Virus record (IMG/VR): IMGVR_UViG_3300042691_053485
Location: 32,001-96,000 of that record
From: a virus
DNA length: 64,000 nt
Strand: one strand, 5' to 3'
Position 1 is the stretch's first letter, and the number at the start of each line of letters is the position of its first letter. Below are positions 18,905 through 29,715 of the stretch, piece after piece. Under the pieces are notes generated by a model. The model made no database searches. It saw only the letters and a program-made list of their open reading frames with translations, and was not told the origin of the DNA. Both the position numbers and the translations under genes were made by a program.

Positions 18905-19389
18905 CCAATAAAGTCCAATAAATATTCTTTATCAGGATTATCATTTAGGACGCAGATAAATCCTAAATCACTATATTTTGTTGTGAAATCAGGCTCATGA
19001 GTTAGCTTACTGTGCATTTTGGGGATTTCCAAATCGTTTTGCATTCTGCCTTTGCCTGCATAAAAATGACCGTAGGTGTAAACAATTGCCTTCATAATCT
19101 TATATCCAAGACCTAAACCTTGCAAGCTGTTCGCAATATTAATATGTAATTGGTACAGAGTGTCCGCAATTACTTGGATGGAAACCGCAAGACCACTTTG
19201 GATGTTTACTCCACTAGGCAGGGGGGGGGTATCGATTGACAGCTGAATTGGAGACTCTTCATTTACTTGGTCAATAATTAGGTCTTCCCAAGAAATATTC
19301 CTAAGAAATTCTCTATCTTCATTAGAAATTTGAACTTCTTTTGAAATCGCTATTGCTTCATTTAGTAATTTTCGGATTATTGCCTTCAT
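18901..19389 (-). CDS. GNAT-like protein with an LNE leader
   Basis: Start reassigned to MKAIIRKLLNE (promoter motif at 19395-19402); acetyl-CoA motif LHINIANSLQGLGLGYKIM. Confidence 0.55.
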   Translation of the reverse strand: MKAIIRKLLNEAIAISKEVQISNEDREFLRNISWEDLIIDQVNEESPIQLSIDTPPLPSGVNIQSGLAVSIQVIADTLYQLHINIANSLQGLGLGYKIMKAIVYTYGHFYAGKGRMQNDLEIPKMHSKLTHEPDFTTKYSDLGFICVLNDNPDKEYLLDFIG

Positions 19390-19402
19390 TTTAATATAAA
19401 TA

Positions 19403-20629
19403 TTAGCCAAGCCTTATATCTTTGTTCAGCAAGTTTTCAATATTATAGTTTAACAGGTCTTGAAGTATCTTATCTTTTACGGACGGCATCCCGTGATAGC
19501 CATGCACATGAAATGCAATACTCTTTCGCACCAAATCTAAAAACTCTGCAAGAATATCCCCCTTAACCATTGGATGTGCGGTTGAATTGATTTCGATTTG
19601 GGTGTCTGCACTGATATTTTCGGTCGGGTCACAAAGATTATAGTTCTTTTCAGATTTGTGTGATAGCAAGTTTATTTTTTCTGCAACTATATTGATAACA
19701 CTACCTGCAAATTGGTCAAATGAATTCTTCTCTACAACCTGTACTTCTTTTTTTATAAATGTTTGGTTGTTTGGGAATAATTTCGGGAATGAGGATAACT
19801 CAGGTTCAACTGTTGATAGTTCCCACTTTGGATATATGGATTGGAACTCTCTAATTTTTGCCTTTGCTTCAGTTATTAGGTTGGCTCGCTTATCGAAAGA
19901 TTTGGAAAAACTCTCAAGAATTGTATTATCTCTATTCCCTGTTACCTTTATACTCAATCGGTTTTTGGTGTCTGTTACCACTGTTATTAACTGTTCCGCA
20001 GGGATGTTTACAACTTCGGTAACTATCTTTTTTTTACCTTCTTTTGAAGCATTATTTATTCCATGGCGAAGTTGGATATAGGCAGGGTCTTTTCTATTGA
20101 ATTCAGTCAATGTTTCTTTTGAATGTCTGCCACTTCTTATGAGAACTTCTGAATCCCTCATTTGAATGTCAGTATTCTTTCGCCCCAATATGGCAATAAC
20201 ATCCTTTTCAGGGTATGTACCCTTAGCATCAGGTATTTCGGAAATTGGATTGTCCCTATTCAGCCATGAATCACTTTCATTAGATGCAGCAGAATAGTGG
20301 TATGGGTCATATTCAATATTTTGGGGCTGTGATATGGTTGTTGAGAGATAATATCTCTTCTCTTGGTTAAGATTTTTATCACCTCGGTAAAGCCTATCAA
20401 GGAAAATCATTACTCGTTCCCCAACCTTCGGTACGAAGTGGAAGAATGGCGGGAACATTGGGTAACATTCAGGTAAATCTGAATTGTTTTCCACCTTTGA
20501 ATCTAACTCATAAACTCGAACTTTAATCATTCTTGATTCAAATCTATCTTCAATGCTCACGACTTCACCAAAAAATACGTTTTTTGTTGAAAGCTTTTCT
20601 GAAATGGTACTACTAAAGTCGGGTTTCAT
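19403..20629 (-). CDS. Baseplate hub/spike protein (gp5/gpV OB-fold-like N-terminus)
   Basis: FGEVVSIED...IKVRV...CYPM.P.F.H.VPKVGERVMIF; ILGR.N.DI; C-terminal HPMVKGD.L...HVH.YH. Confidence 0.7.
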   Translation of the reverse strand: MKPDFSSTISEKLSTKNVFFGEVVSIEDRFESRMIKVRVYELDSKVENNSDLPECYPMFPPFFHFVPKVGERVMIFLDRLYRGDKNLNQEKRYYLSTTISQPQNIEYDPYHYSAASNESDSWLNRDNPISEIPDAKGTYPEKDVIAILGRKNTDIQMRDSEVLIRSGRHSKETLTEFNRKDPAYIQLRHGINNASKEGKKKIVTEVVNIPAEQLITVVTDTKNRLSIKVTGNRDNTILESFSKSFDKRANLITEAKAKIREFQSIYPKWELSTVEPELSSFPKLFPNNQTFIKKEVQVVEKNSFDQFAGSVINIVAEKINLLSHKSEKNYNLCDPTENISADTQIEINSTAHPMVKGDILAEFLDLVRKSIAFHVHGYHGMPSVKDKILQDLLNYNIENLLNKDIRLG

Positions 20630-20631
20630 AA

Positions 20632-21033
20632 TTATTGTAAAATTGCTGTGCCGATTGCAATTGAAGTTGTTACACCTTGGGTTACAACCGGACCTGTAGG
20701 TCCGGTACCTGTTGAAGCAACAGGTATACCCGGCGGCAAAACAATTGTAAATCTAGCATTTTCAAGAAGATGTTTCACAATCACCTCCATTCTAATTCTC
20801 TCCATTTTTTCGGTGATACTATCACTTCCATCAGGTAACGGTCCGATGACTGCACCTGCTTCTTGCATCCTAATAATAACTTCTTTAGCCATATCTCTTG
20901 CAGATAAACCGCTTCTTTGGAAGCCCCCCGAAAGAATGAGTGGTGGTGCAACAGGTGGTGCAGGAACTTTATTTATGGCTATGACACCTTGTAGGATATT
21001 TAAGACCTGTTCAATATTTAATTCGACTTCCAT
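20632..21033 (-). CDS. Conserved baseplate-associated small protein
   Basis: Directly upstream of the hub gene; LPPGIPV..G.GPTGPV..G tail. Confidence 0.5.
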   Translation of the reverse strand: MEVELNIEQVLNILQGVIAINKVPAPPVAPPLILSGGFQRSGLSARDMAKEVIIRMQEAGAVIGPLPDGSDSITEKMERIRMEVIVKHLLENARFTIVLPPGIPVASTGTGPTGPVVTQGVTTSIAIGTAILQ

Positions 21034-21034
21034 A

Positions 21035-22432
21035 TTAAGTAAACGAGTTAATAAGCCGTCTAAGCTCTTCAGGTATTGGTAGCAATGATAATGTCACCAT
21101 TTTTGTTTGCTTTATAACTTCTGCCCCCTTTGCAAGTTTATCGGCAATAATAAGTTCAGTCAGGTATTGTATAACCAACTTCAAGAGAAAATTATTTATC
21201 AAAGGAAGTATAGCTTTCCTCACCATATCAATAACTGTTTGTCGGTTTTCCAACAAGAAATCTTCAAAAGTTTTAAATCCGATAGAATTACTTACAACCT
21301 TGAAATAAGTTACAAACATCATCATAAGTTTAGGGGCAAAAAGTACATTCGCCAACGCCTTTATTATACCTTTGATAAGAGTCTCAAAAAATATCCAAAT
21401 TCCAAATCGTCGATTTTCTTCAGATAGACCATCAGTTGCTTGATTTGATAAAATTGTAAGCTGATTTGTCAAGATGTCGCGTATCTCGATTAGGGTTGAA
21501 GCCTCGACTAATTGGGTATTGGTATCAATCAAGTCGGCAATTTGAATACGACTTTCTGCATCCCCACAATCTGATACTATTCGGTATCCCGAAGTCAATT
21601 CACTCACTCTTCTGTTGAAATAATCAATATCTTCATTTGAAAATGAGTAATATGAGTCATCTATAACCCTATCTGGCAAGCTAATAATCTTTTCAACAAG
21701 CAAATCTAATGTTACCTCATTTGAAATCTGGTTAGATTTTTTACCAAGCGCACTTGAAATTGTACCAAATGTTAGGTCGAAAATCTTGTTGACAAGATTT
21801 GGGATAGTGAAGATTATAACTTTGTCAATAAAGTTATTGATAAAGTCATTTACTGTTTTACCTGTCCAAGAAGAGTGGATTTTTACATTGAAAACATTAG
21901 ACCTCATTTCTCCTTCAACAACTGCACTCTGCAAATATGTCACAACAATTAAGTCCTTCCATGAACCGCTATTGCCTTGCAAAACTGCATATAGATACGC
22001 ATTTAAATCTTGGTCGATGTTCCCATAAATAAGTTCACCTGCAACAGTTTCAGGGTCAACTTTCAAAATGTCGAAAAAGTCTATCTGTTTTACCCCAACA
22101 TTAAACCCTGCGCCTAAGCCATCAATTAGAAAATCAGGAATTGTAGCATCAATTGAACAAGAAAATTTGCTTTTGAGGATTGCTTTAAGGGCTGATTTAA
22201 TTGAAGCTTCTATAGAGTTTGTTTGGTATGTCAAAAAGCGTATCAACTCCTCCTTTAACTGCTCAAAACCAATTAGATTTTTTATAAGGTCTATCAAGAA
22301 GTTTAATGCGTTTCCTGTATTATCCAATGACGGAAAAGAGTTCCCCAAATTTAATTCGGGAAACCCTGTATTCAAACTCCTTAGAGCCGCAATTTCATTA
22401 AGGAGGTTTAATTTTCCGTCAAAAATACTCAT
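21035..22432 (-). CDS. Hypothetical protein, probably virion
   Basis: 465-aa helical ORF in the baseplate operon. Confidence 0.55.
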   Translation of the reverse strand: MSIFDGKLNLLNEIAALRSLNTGFPELNLGNSFPSLDNTGNALNFLIDLIKNLIGFEQLKEELIRFLTYQTNSIEASIKSALKAILKSKFSCSIDATIPDFLIDGLGAGFNVGVKQIDFFDILKVDPETVAGELIYGNIDQDLNAYLYAVLQGNSGSWKDLIVVTYLQSAVVEGEMRSNVFNVKIHSSWTGKTVNDFINNFIDKVIIFTIPNLVNKIFDLTFGTISSALGKKSNQISNEVTLDLLVEKIISLPDRVIDDSYYSFSNEDIDYFNRRVSELTSGYRIVSDCGDAESRIQIADLIDTNTQLVEASTLIEIRDILTNQLTILSNQATDGLSEENRRFGIWIFFETLIKGIIKALANVLFAPKLMMMFVTYFKVVSNSIGFKTFEDFLLENRQTVIDMVRKAILPLINNFLLKLVIQYLTELIIADKLAKGAEVIKQTKMVTLSLLPIPEELRRLINSFT

Positions 22433-22824
22433 CGTAGGTCGTAAGTGTTTTGCTTTTTGGCTTCTTCAAGAACTGAGGCTCTGAGGTTTTTAATCTCTTC
22501 GCTTGAAAGCTTTCTTGTTTCTGCTTTAACATCTGAATCTTCAGCCTCTTCTTTCGCAGCTTGGAATCCAACCAACACCTTCGAATGAATTTGCAGTAGT
22601 TTTATCCTTTTGTCAATTACCTCATTCAGGATTTTTTTACTGTCATTTAACACTCGTTCAATATTCAATGAATCCTCTAAGTCTGTTGCTTGTGTTTTTA
22701 ATTTTTCGATTGCGGTCAATTGCGTAAGAAGGCTTATTTTTTGAGATTCACAATCTTTATAAGCTTCGTGCATAGAATCAAAAAGGCTGTCAACCTCAAG
22801 TTTAAGTTTGCTTCTTTTTGCCAT
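22429..22824 (-). CDS. Hypothetical coiled-coil protein
   Basis: 131 aa; minus-strand TATTTATA at 22835-22842. Confidence 0.55.
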   Translation of the reverse strand: MAKRSKLKLEVDSLFDSMHEAYKDCESQKISLLTQLTAIEKLKTQATDLEDSLNIERVLNDSKKILNEVIDKRIKLLQIHSKVLVGFQAAKEEAEDSDVKAETRKLSSEEIKNLRASVLEEAKKQNTYDLR

Positions 22825-22842
22825 AAGGTTTTCCTATAAATA

Positions 22843-23634
22843 TTAGGATTTCAATTTTTTATTTGGCAATTCTGACTTATTTTTAGATGGAGTATAGTCC
22901 CCATCGCTATTCTTGATTAGACGCTCCTGCTTCTTTTTAAAGTATAAGAGCTTAAACTTCTTCATATTACTACGAATATCCTTGGTACTCAGGTTTGTTA
23001 AAGACCTTAAACACTCATAAATTTGATTTTTATTATATTTGCTACCACCATCTTCAAAGAATGACTCCCAATTTTTCATTACTTGGACTATTGCATTTCC
23101 GACCTTCAATTCGTTTGGCTTGAACTTTTTTGCTGTTTCTTGACTGCTAATTGTCGCGTCAAGAAATGTCGCAAATTCCACAAAAAAATCGGTTGAAAAA
23201 TCAGGTTCTTCATCAATAGTATATGAATATTTCTCATTTTCGATGATTGTTGGAAGGATAACATCATAATTTTCCTTTTTACCAACCTCCTTAGATTCTT
23301 TTATTCTCAAGGAGAGCATCCTATTTTTTATAATAGTGCCATAGTATGAGAAGCCTTTTTTACCAAGACTTGGGTCAAACAAGTGTGCTTTGGTATGTAG
23401 GAAACTGAGTGTGTCGTTTATCATCTCCTCATAAGAAAGTTCCTTACTATGGAGTTGATATCTATTCATGATACTCTCTGCCATCTTATACAATGGGTCT
23501 TTTAAGTGGATTTCATAGATGCGGTTTTTTTCAACCGCATCCTCCATCTGTAGGTATTCTACAAGTGCAAGCTCTTCAGCTTCATCAAAATAACGTGGAT
23601 TTTTTCTTTTACGCCCCCTCTTGTTCATTCTCAA
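22843..23634 (-). CDS. Phage sigma-factor-like protein (candidate late sigma)
   Basis: YEEMINDTLSFL..K..LFDPSLGKKGFSYYGTIIKN resembles sigma region 2.2-2.4. Confidence 0.62.
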   Translation of the reverse strand: MRMNKRGRKRKNPRYFDEAEELALVEYLQMEDAVEKNRIYEIHLKDPLYKMAESIMNRYQLHSKELSYEEMINDTLSFLHTKAHLFDPSLGKKGFSYYGTIIKNRMLSLRIKESKEVGKKENYDVILPTIIENEKYSYTIDEEPDFSTDFFVEFATFLDATISSQETAKKFKPNELKVGNAIVQVMKNWESFFEDGGSKYNKNQIYECLRSLTNLSTKDIRSNMKKFKLLYFKKKQERLIKNSDGDYTPSKNKSELPNKKLKS

Positions 23635-24409
23635 TAAAATTTAACTCTCTGTCAAAGTCAAAGAAGTATTCTTTTTTAGCCATTTGAAGCCAAAACTTCT
23701 TTTCCTGTTCAGACATATTTGTTTGTGACTCCATAATAGAACCCTTTACGCCATTCACGTGCTTGTAAGAGATTTTAGGGATGACAAAAATCGATTTTCC
23801 AAGGTTGAGCATACGCAATAAATGTTCATAATCTTGGAATCTTTTCATATTCCGCTTCAGTCCCCCTGTTTGAGTATAGCATTCAGTTTTCATCGTCAAA
23901 CAGTTGATATTATAGTTGTAAAACAAGTGCTCTTTAGCCCCCTTTAAATCAAAATAGCCGAATTTTTTCATACTATTAATAGCCCAAACTGACTCATTAG
24001 AAAATCCAAGGGGGCTATCCTCAGTATCGACCTCGTAAGTTAGTGGAACAAATACATCAACATTCGGATAAGCTGAAATATATTTGTTAATATTTAGGGT
24101 GTGATTCGGAAATACTACATCATCCATTTGGACAATACTGAAGTAAGCGGTTTTTACATTTTTTACGCCCTCATTGATTTGTGAGGTGTAATCTGTTAAT
24201 CCGGGATTGGTCAAACATTCAAAGGTTATGCCCTCCAATGAAGATTTAGCAATTTCCGATATAGTTTCTGTTAAATTTTCAGGAGAGATAAAGAGTACAT
24301 TAAAGTTTTTATCCTTTTGTGTGGATAACCCCTTGATACATTCTTGAAAATAAGGCTTATTTACCTCATTTAGCTCATGGATTGGAATTAATATGGTTGT
24401 ATTAGTCAT
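23609..24409 (-). CDS. Glycosyltransferase family 2
   Basis: TILIPIH, INEGV, VQMDD, GGLK..MKRFQDYEHLLR. Confidence 0.82.
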   Translation of the reverse strand: MTNTTILIPIHELNEVNKPYFQECIKGLSTQKDKNFNVLFISPENLTETISEIAKSSLEGITFECLTNPGLTDYTSQINEGVKNVKTAYFSIVQMDDVVFPNHTLNINKYISAYPNVDVFVPLTYEVDTEDSPLGFSNESVWAINSMKKFGYFDLKGAKEHLFYNYNINCLTMKTECYTQTGGLKRNMKRFQDYEHLLRMLNLGKSIFVIPKISYKHVNGVKGSIMESQTNMSEQEKKFWLQMAKKEYFFDFDRELNFIENEQEGA

Positions 24410-24415
24410 TTTTTT

Positions 24416-25477
24416 TTATTTTTTAGCTGCTTCAAATGTTTGAATTCTTCCGTCAATCAATGCCTTTACAAAGGTTTCCAGTTCTTCTTTAAACTTGCCC
24501 TCGTTATATTGTGCGGCAGTCTCTTGCATTTTTGGTAACACATTCTCATTCAAAGTGTCTGTTACCCATTCATCCAAGTATTGTGCAATATATTCAGGGA
24601 TTGACAAGTAATTCAATAACCAGATGCCATTATCTTTTAAATGGTATTTACCATTTTCTTCAGTACCCATCCATTCCGGCATTAATTCCGGAATTTTACC
24701 AATGACAGGCACTCCACATTTCATCGACTCAAGGGGGAATGTACCGAAAGAGGAAATCTCATCCACCCAAACTGATAGGCAGCAATCTTTGAGTGTATCT
24801 GCAAATTGACTTCGGTCCATATTTGAAACTCGTACAAACGGAACCCATGCGTATTGAGGGTATTGGATGTGGAATTGTTTTTCTATTTTTTCTCCGCGAG
24901 ATTTGTCCCTTGTGAATAGGAAGATTTTTGGGGTAGTTGGCTTTTCGCTAGGTTTGAAATCATCGTGAATGTATGGATTTACACAATGCACATTTTGCCC
25001 CCGCATAAATTTTTCAATATATCCCTTTTGAACTTTCGAAGTCGTAAGTACATTCTTAATTCCAAAGTGACTCCATCTAGTCCCAGACTCCAACCCAAAG
25101 AAAATCAAATCATATACTTGTGACACAACAACTACTTCGCATGGAAGTTTAATATTGTTTTGGCGCATATCGGAATAGAATGATTGCACCCAAGCTTCAG
25201 GCAAGAATAAGAAGTCAATTGCTGAAAGTTTCAACTTTTCAAATGCAATGTGTGGCAATTTACTATAATTCCCGCCCATCCAAAGCGGAGTCATATATTC
25301 TTTATCATGGAGGATAAAGGCTTTATATCCTCGTTCACGGAGTGCGGCTACAACGTCATAAATGTATGCAACTGCCCCACTCACATTCCCTTTAGTATTT
25401 GGAACGTAAAAATAGAAGGAAGAATCATTATTCTTCATCTTGTTGACTAAATCGTCGATAGTTGGTTGATTATTCAT
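24416..25477 (-). CDS. GT-B fold glycosyltransferase (GT4-like)
   Basis: LRERGYKAFILH, FLPE, DEISSFGTFPLESMKCGVPVIG. Confidence 0.8.
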   Translation of the reverse strand: MNNQPTIDDLVNKMKNNDSSFYFYVPNTKGNVSGAVAYIYDVVAALRERGYKAFILHDKEYMTPLWMGGNYSKLPHIAFEKLKLSAIDFLFLPEAWVQSFYSDMRQNNIKLPCEVVVVSQVYDLIFFGLESGTRWSHFGIKNVLTTSKVQKGYIEKFMRGQNVHCVNPYIHDDFKPSEKPTTPKIFLFTRDKSRGEKIEKQFHIQYPQYAWVPFVRVSNMDRSQFADTLKDCCLSVWVDEISSFGTFPLESMKCGVPVIGKIPELMPEWMGTEENGKYHLKDNGIWLLNYLSIPEYIAQYLDEWVTDTLNENVLPKMQETAAQYNEGKFKEELETFVKALIDGRIQTFEAAKK

Positions 25478-25883
25478 CGTTTTTATTTGCTTTTGCAATT
25501 ATGTCTTCTTTTGTTTTTTGAAATTCTATTTTCTCTGCAAACTTATGGAAAAGAATAGTATTCCATATTATAGTTTCATCGCTATTTAAAGACTCGGATA
25601 TTATAATTTGGATAGTATTAGCTAGAAGTGGATGCTTTGCAACCACACTTTCTACCTCATTAAAATTAATTTTATATCCGGTTCTTCCTATATATTTGGA
25701 TTGATGAGGTCGTAAGATGCCATATTCACACAATGTATTCAATAAAATGTCTGATGGGAATACATTATTTCTCAATTGGATGAGGAGTTCTTGTACAAAT
25801 CGTTCATTTTGTGGAAAGTATTTTGATTCTGCCAATGCTTGGAAATCAATATACAATTCGTGGGGGAAATAATGGGTTTTCAT
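25470..25883 (-). CDS. Hypothetical protein
   Basis: 137-aa ORF coupled to both neighbours by overlaps. Confidence 0.55.
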   Translation of the reverse strand: MKTHYFPHELYIDFQALAESKYFPQNERFVQELLIQLRNNVFPSDILLNTLCEYGILRPHQSKYIGRTGYKINFNEVESVVAKHPLLANTIQIIISESLNSDETIIWNTILFHKFAEKIEFQKTKEDIIAKANKNDE

Positions 25884-26647
25884 AGGATATTTTTATATTT
25901 TCTTAATTCTTTACAGGCATCGCCAAATTTTTTAAATCCGTACACTCTTTCATTCGCTAAACAATATTCATTGTACTCATTTTTTATAAGAAAACATACT
26001 TTCTTTGGTGGCACGTTTTCAGCGATATATTGGTCTGCCGTTACAATTACATCATATTTCTCCCAAATCTTGGAATAGTCATAGCAAAAATTTATGTTAT
26101 TTCCAAAAAAGCGGGTTTGGGATAGGAATAGCAGAGTGGCGGATTGACTATTCATCCGTTCCTGAGATACAACAGTTACAGAATGTTTAGTTTGATTCAT
26201 TGAGATGACCAAATCGTTTAAATCTTTCATCACACTTTCATACATCAAAGGAGTTCTAGCAAAAATTTCAAAGGCATTTTCACTATACATGAAATATTGA
26301 AATTCTTCTGAATCGTAAAACTTATGAAGTTTTGTGATATTCATAGGGTCATCTAATAGTTCAACAGAAATTAAATTTCTGACTCTATTATCGACCATTT
26401 CTTCGTAATCCTCCAATCCTTCAGAATTCGTCAAATCATATTGAACCAATGGAGAATTCTCATGATTTTTTACTTCTCCCGCGAAATTAAACTTCTCTTT
26501 AAGATATAATTTATCATCTTCTGAAGTTTCTAATAATTCATCTGTGTTTAAGCTCTGATTAATTTCACTTGTGTATAATTCGTATGATTGGTTAACAGTT
26601 TCGTAATGAGCTCTGATGACTTCGTTTAGTGTAACTCCGATTCTCAT
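25880..26647 (-). CDS. HAD / 5'(3')-nucleotidase-like protein with a degenerate catalytic motif
   Basis: MRIGVTLNEVIR (IGIDxDGV-like with the Asp residues lost); YDVIVTAD; N.YNE. Confidence 0.55.
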   Translation of the reverse strand: MRIGVTLNEVIRAHYETVNQSYELYTSEINQSLNTDELLETSEDDKLYLKEKFNFAGEVKNHENSPLVQYDLTNSEGLEDYEEMVDNRVRNLISVELLDDPMNITKLHKFYDSEEFQYFMYSENAFEIFARTPLMYESVMKDLNDLVISMNQTKHSVTVVSQERMNSQSATLLFLSQTRFFGNNINFCYDYSKIWEKYDVIVTADQYIAENVPPKKVCFLIKNEYNEYCLANERVYGFKKFGDACKELRKYKNIL

Positions 26648-26683
26648 GTTTTTATTTTAATTTAATATGAGAATGTATAAAAT

Positions 26684-26706
26684 AAAAAAACCCGCAAACG
26701 CGGGTT
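26684..26706 (-). terminator. Intrinsic terminator after wecB
   Basis: AACCCGC/GCGGGTT stem with a minus-strand T-tract. Confidence 0.75.
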
Positions 26707-27697
26707 AAATGAGATTTAAGTTCGATAATATGTTATATATCCGTTCTGAAGATTTGCCATCGCCGAATGGGCAAGGTTCATCAATCATATAGTTGGAGAT
26801 AACACTGTTAAACAGACTTGGTAAGTTCTCAGGTTTCGGGCACAATGTTATATGGTCAGATATTGCCCTTTCCGATTCTATTCTACACACAATCACCCTT
26901 TTTTGCAGAAATGTTGCTTCCTCTTGAATTCCGCCAGAATCAGTAATGACAGCTTTTACATCCTTTAGCTGTTGAACTAATTCATTGTGTTTCATCGGCT
27001 CAACAACTTTAACTGACTTCAAAATCTCTTTGTGCTTCAAAACATTGGGATTAGGATGAATAGGTAAAACAAATTCAAGCTCAGGATTTAAGTTGGCTAT
27101 TTGCTCAATAGCAGTAAACCATTTATCCATCAGTTCGTGATTCTCCCTGCGATGGAAAGTACACAAAACTTTGCTTGAATACGTTGGCGTGATTCCTGAT
27201 AAATTATCAAGTACGGTGTTTCCAACAACGTATTTATCGCCAGAACATTTTTCAATTTCCAATGAAGCTTTATTCTCTTCTGTTGGACACAAATGAATAG
27301 ATGCAATTCTTGAAACCATTTGGCGATATGCTTCTTCCGGAAAAGGGTTGTTTAGGTCATAAGTTCGCAATCCTGCTTCAAGATGAATTACTGGGATTTT
27401 CAAGTTGAAATATTTTAACGCAATGGCAAATACAGACGCAGTATCTCCCTGCACCAATACTGCACTCGGATTGAGTTCCTCCAACTCTTTAGATGAGATA
27501 ATGGATGCAAAGATATTATTAAGACGCTCTATTGACCTTTTCGGGATTTCAAGCCTATAATTATACCATCCATCATTTATAGTTTCATGTTGACCTGTGA
27601 ATAAAACCTTGAAATTTACTGAATTTCTTTTGAAGTTTTCAATTATCGGAAGAATTTTTATCCATTCAGGGCGAGTGCCATAGGTTAATAAAATCAT
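26705..27697 (-). CDS. wecB: UDP-N-acetylglucosamine 2-epimerase
   Basis: GTRPE, TGQH, VQGDT, HLEAGLRT, PFPEE, HRREN, TDSGGIQEEA, PFGDG.SSERI. Confidence 0.95.
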   Translation of the reverse strand: MILLTYGTRPEWIKILPIIENFKRNSVNFKVLFTGQHETINDGWYNYRLEIPKRSIERLNNIFASIISSKELEELNPSAVLVQGDTASVFAIALKYFNLKIPVIHLEAGLRTYDLNNPFPEEAYRQMVSRIASIHLCPTEENKASLEIEKCSGDKYVVGNTVLDNLSGITPTYSSKVLCTFHRRENHELMDKWFTAIEQIANLNPELEFVLPIHPNPNVLKHKEILKSVKVVEPMKHNELVQQLKDVKAVITDSGGIQEEATFLQKRVIVCRIESERAISDHITLCPKPENLPSLFNSVISNYMIDEPCPFGDGKSSERIYNILSNLNLI

Positions 27698-28458
27698 AAA
27701 TCCATTTTTAAGACTTCTGGGAGTTCCCCCTTAAACTTTTCAGTTTTAAACCAATCCGATGGAGTAATAGGATGTAGGTTTCTACTATTTTCATTCCAAG
27801 CCTTCCACTTCTCATCAAACCACTTTTTTGTGTTAAACTGGTGGGAGTGTCCCCAAGTATTTATTTTTTCCCAACATTCATCATCCGTTAATACATACGA
27901 TGCGTGATAACAGAGTGCGTCAAGAATGAAATACTTACTTCCTGTTAATCGCCGGCATCGTTGAAATTTTATATCTTTTTTTAAGTTTAAGGCGATTTCA
28001 GGATAACCAATAATGTATTGTCCATCACCCTTTATTATAATATTTGAGAAATCCTTCCAAAATGAAATCCAACCTGTTTTATAGTAGTCAAAGCCCGGGT
28101 TATTACTGATTCCTTGTATTATTTTTCCAAAATCTTCATAAGTATAAAACTCATCAGCATCATGGATTAATAGGTAGTCCATACCGTCCTTTTTTGCAGC
28201 TTCAACACAAGCATTTCGTTGTGCCTCTTCAGTATCCCATTTTCCTCTAATGAGTACTATCTTATCAAAAAACTCAGATTGCTTTAATACATCAAGATTT
28301 GATTTATTTTTAAAATCTTTTCTAGCGTTTTTATTATACAACCAAGGCTCTTCACTCCATGCTACATAAATTTTTTCTACAAATGGTGCTGCATTTGCTA
28401 TGTTTTGTAATATCCACTTATCTTGATTGTAAAGTAGAACATGCGATGCTATTCTCAT
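27694..28458 (-). CDS. GT-A-like glycosyltransferase
   Basis: QRNACVEAA...DYLLIHDADEFY. Confidence 0.72.
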   Translation of the reverse strand: MRIASHVLLYNQDKWILQNIANAAPFVEKIYVAWSEEPWLYNKNARKDFKNKSNLDVLKQSEFFDKIVLIRGKWDTEEAQRNACVEAAKKDGMDYLLIHDADEFYTYEDFGKIIQGISNNPGFDYYKTGWISFWKDFSNIIIKGDGQYIIGYPEIALNLKKDIKFQRCRRLTGSKYFILDALCYHASYVLTDDECWEKINTWGHSHQFNTKKWFDEKWKAWNENSRNLHPITPSDWFKTEKFKGELPEVLKMDL

Positions 28459-28459
28459 A

Positions 28460-29065
28460 TTATTTCCAATTATATACTTTTATACCAAGCCCTTGAAGAT
28501 GTTTAACAAGCCCTTGAGTTGTTTCAATATTTTCAGTCTCCAAATCCACATGGTGCCATTCTACATATAGTTGTGATATGTTCGAAGCTGTTTTATTTGA
28601 GATGAGGTGGCGTAAGAGAGTGTACTCAGCTCCTTCAATATCAAGCTTCACAATTACATTATGTGTATTTTTATCATATTTCTTCAAAATTGAATTGAAA
28701 TCAACACAATCTACTAGGATGGGTGGTTCACAGTAATTCAAATGAGTTGAATTAAGCTCTGTGATTACTGAGCCCCAGCCATCAATGGTTGAAGTGCCGT
28801 CATTTGGAGATTTGGAATTACTACGTTGAATATTTTCCTGTGAAAATGCAATTACCCCATCATAAATCCAAACAGCCTTCTTATGGACTGTTATGTTTAA
28901 TTTATGAGACTTGACTTTTTTTGAAACACGATTATTGTAATCACAGGCTGGGTTAGGCTCGAAACTTTCAATTATCCAATTTGAGTCCATTTTGAACTTC
29001 TCAACGAATTCCATGAGTCCTTCACCATAATGTCCTCCACAATCTAAAAATACGTTTTTTTTCAT
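28460..29065 (-). CDS. FkbM-family methyltransferase
   Basis: FLDCGGHYG, FEPNP, AVW, VKLDIEGAEY, LYVEWH. Confidence 0.88.
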   Translation of the reverse strand: MKKNVFLDCGGHYGEGLMEFVEKFKMDSNWIIESFEPNPACDYNNRVSKKVKSHKLNITVHKKAVWIYDGVIAFSQENIQRSNSKSPNDGTSTIDGWGSVITELNSTHLNYCEPPILVDCVDFNSILKKYDKNTHNVIVKLDIEGAEYTLLRHLISNKTASNISQLYVEWHHVDLETENIETTQGLVKHLQGLGIKVYNWK

Positions 29066-29067
29066 TT

Positions 29068-29715
29068 TTATTTTTTAGTTACAATGCAAAAACCGCAGTT
29101 TGAAATGCTGTCTTTAAAGGCATAAAATTTGTTAAAATTTGTTTTGTGGTCATTCCAAGCTCTTGCAACTTCACACTGCGGAATTTTAACAGTAAAATAA
29201 TCATGCGACCAAACACTGTAATTCTCGGCTTTGTTATTTTTTAGAATATATTCTATTTCTTTTGTGACATGCTTATAAGTATGGTCGCCATCTTGGATGA
29301 TTAAATCGAATTCATGTGGAAATTTAAGAAGGTCAATTGAATTTGCTAAAATTCTTTTGAAGTTTCGATTTCTTATTTTTGTGTAATCAATCCGCTCTTC
29401 AATGTCTAAAAGAACTACTTCACCAAACCCATTAGCCTCAACCGCTTGCAAAATATGATTTGAGCTATTGCCTCGATAATTGCCAATTTCAAGAATTCTT
29501 TTAGGTTTTAAAATTCTTATCAGTACGTATATGGACTTACCTTCACTTTCCCATATAGTACCGCCATGTTCTTCAGGATAACCGCCATATAGGGCTTCTT
29601 CATAGTACTTTTTAAAATCTTTTTTTGATACTCCAAAAAGTGTTTTAAACCCTTCATAATAAGAGTTAAAAAAATCATCTCTCTTTTCCATTTTTTGTGT
29701 TTTTATTCGTTCCAA
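29068..29715 (-). CDS. Class I SAM methyltransferase (Methyltransf_24-like)
   Basis: PKRILEIGNYRGNSS, DLIIQDGDHTY, HD. Confidence 0.8.
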   Translation of the reverse strand: MERIKTQKMEKRDDFFNSYYEGFKTLFGVSKKDFKKYYEEALYGGYPEEHGGTIWESEGKSIYVLIRILKPKRILEIGNYRGNSSNHILQAVEANGFGEVVLLDIEERIDYTKIRNRNFKRILANSIDLLKFPHEFDLIIQDGDHTYKHVTKEIEYILKNNKAENYSVWSHDYFTVKIPQCEVARAWNDHKTNFNKFYAFKDSISNCGFCIVTKK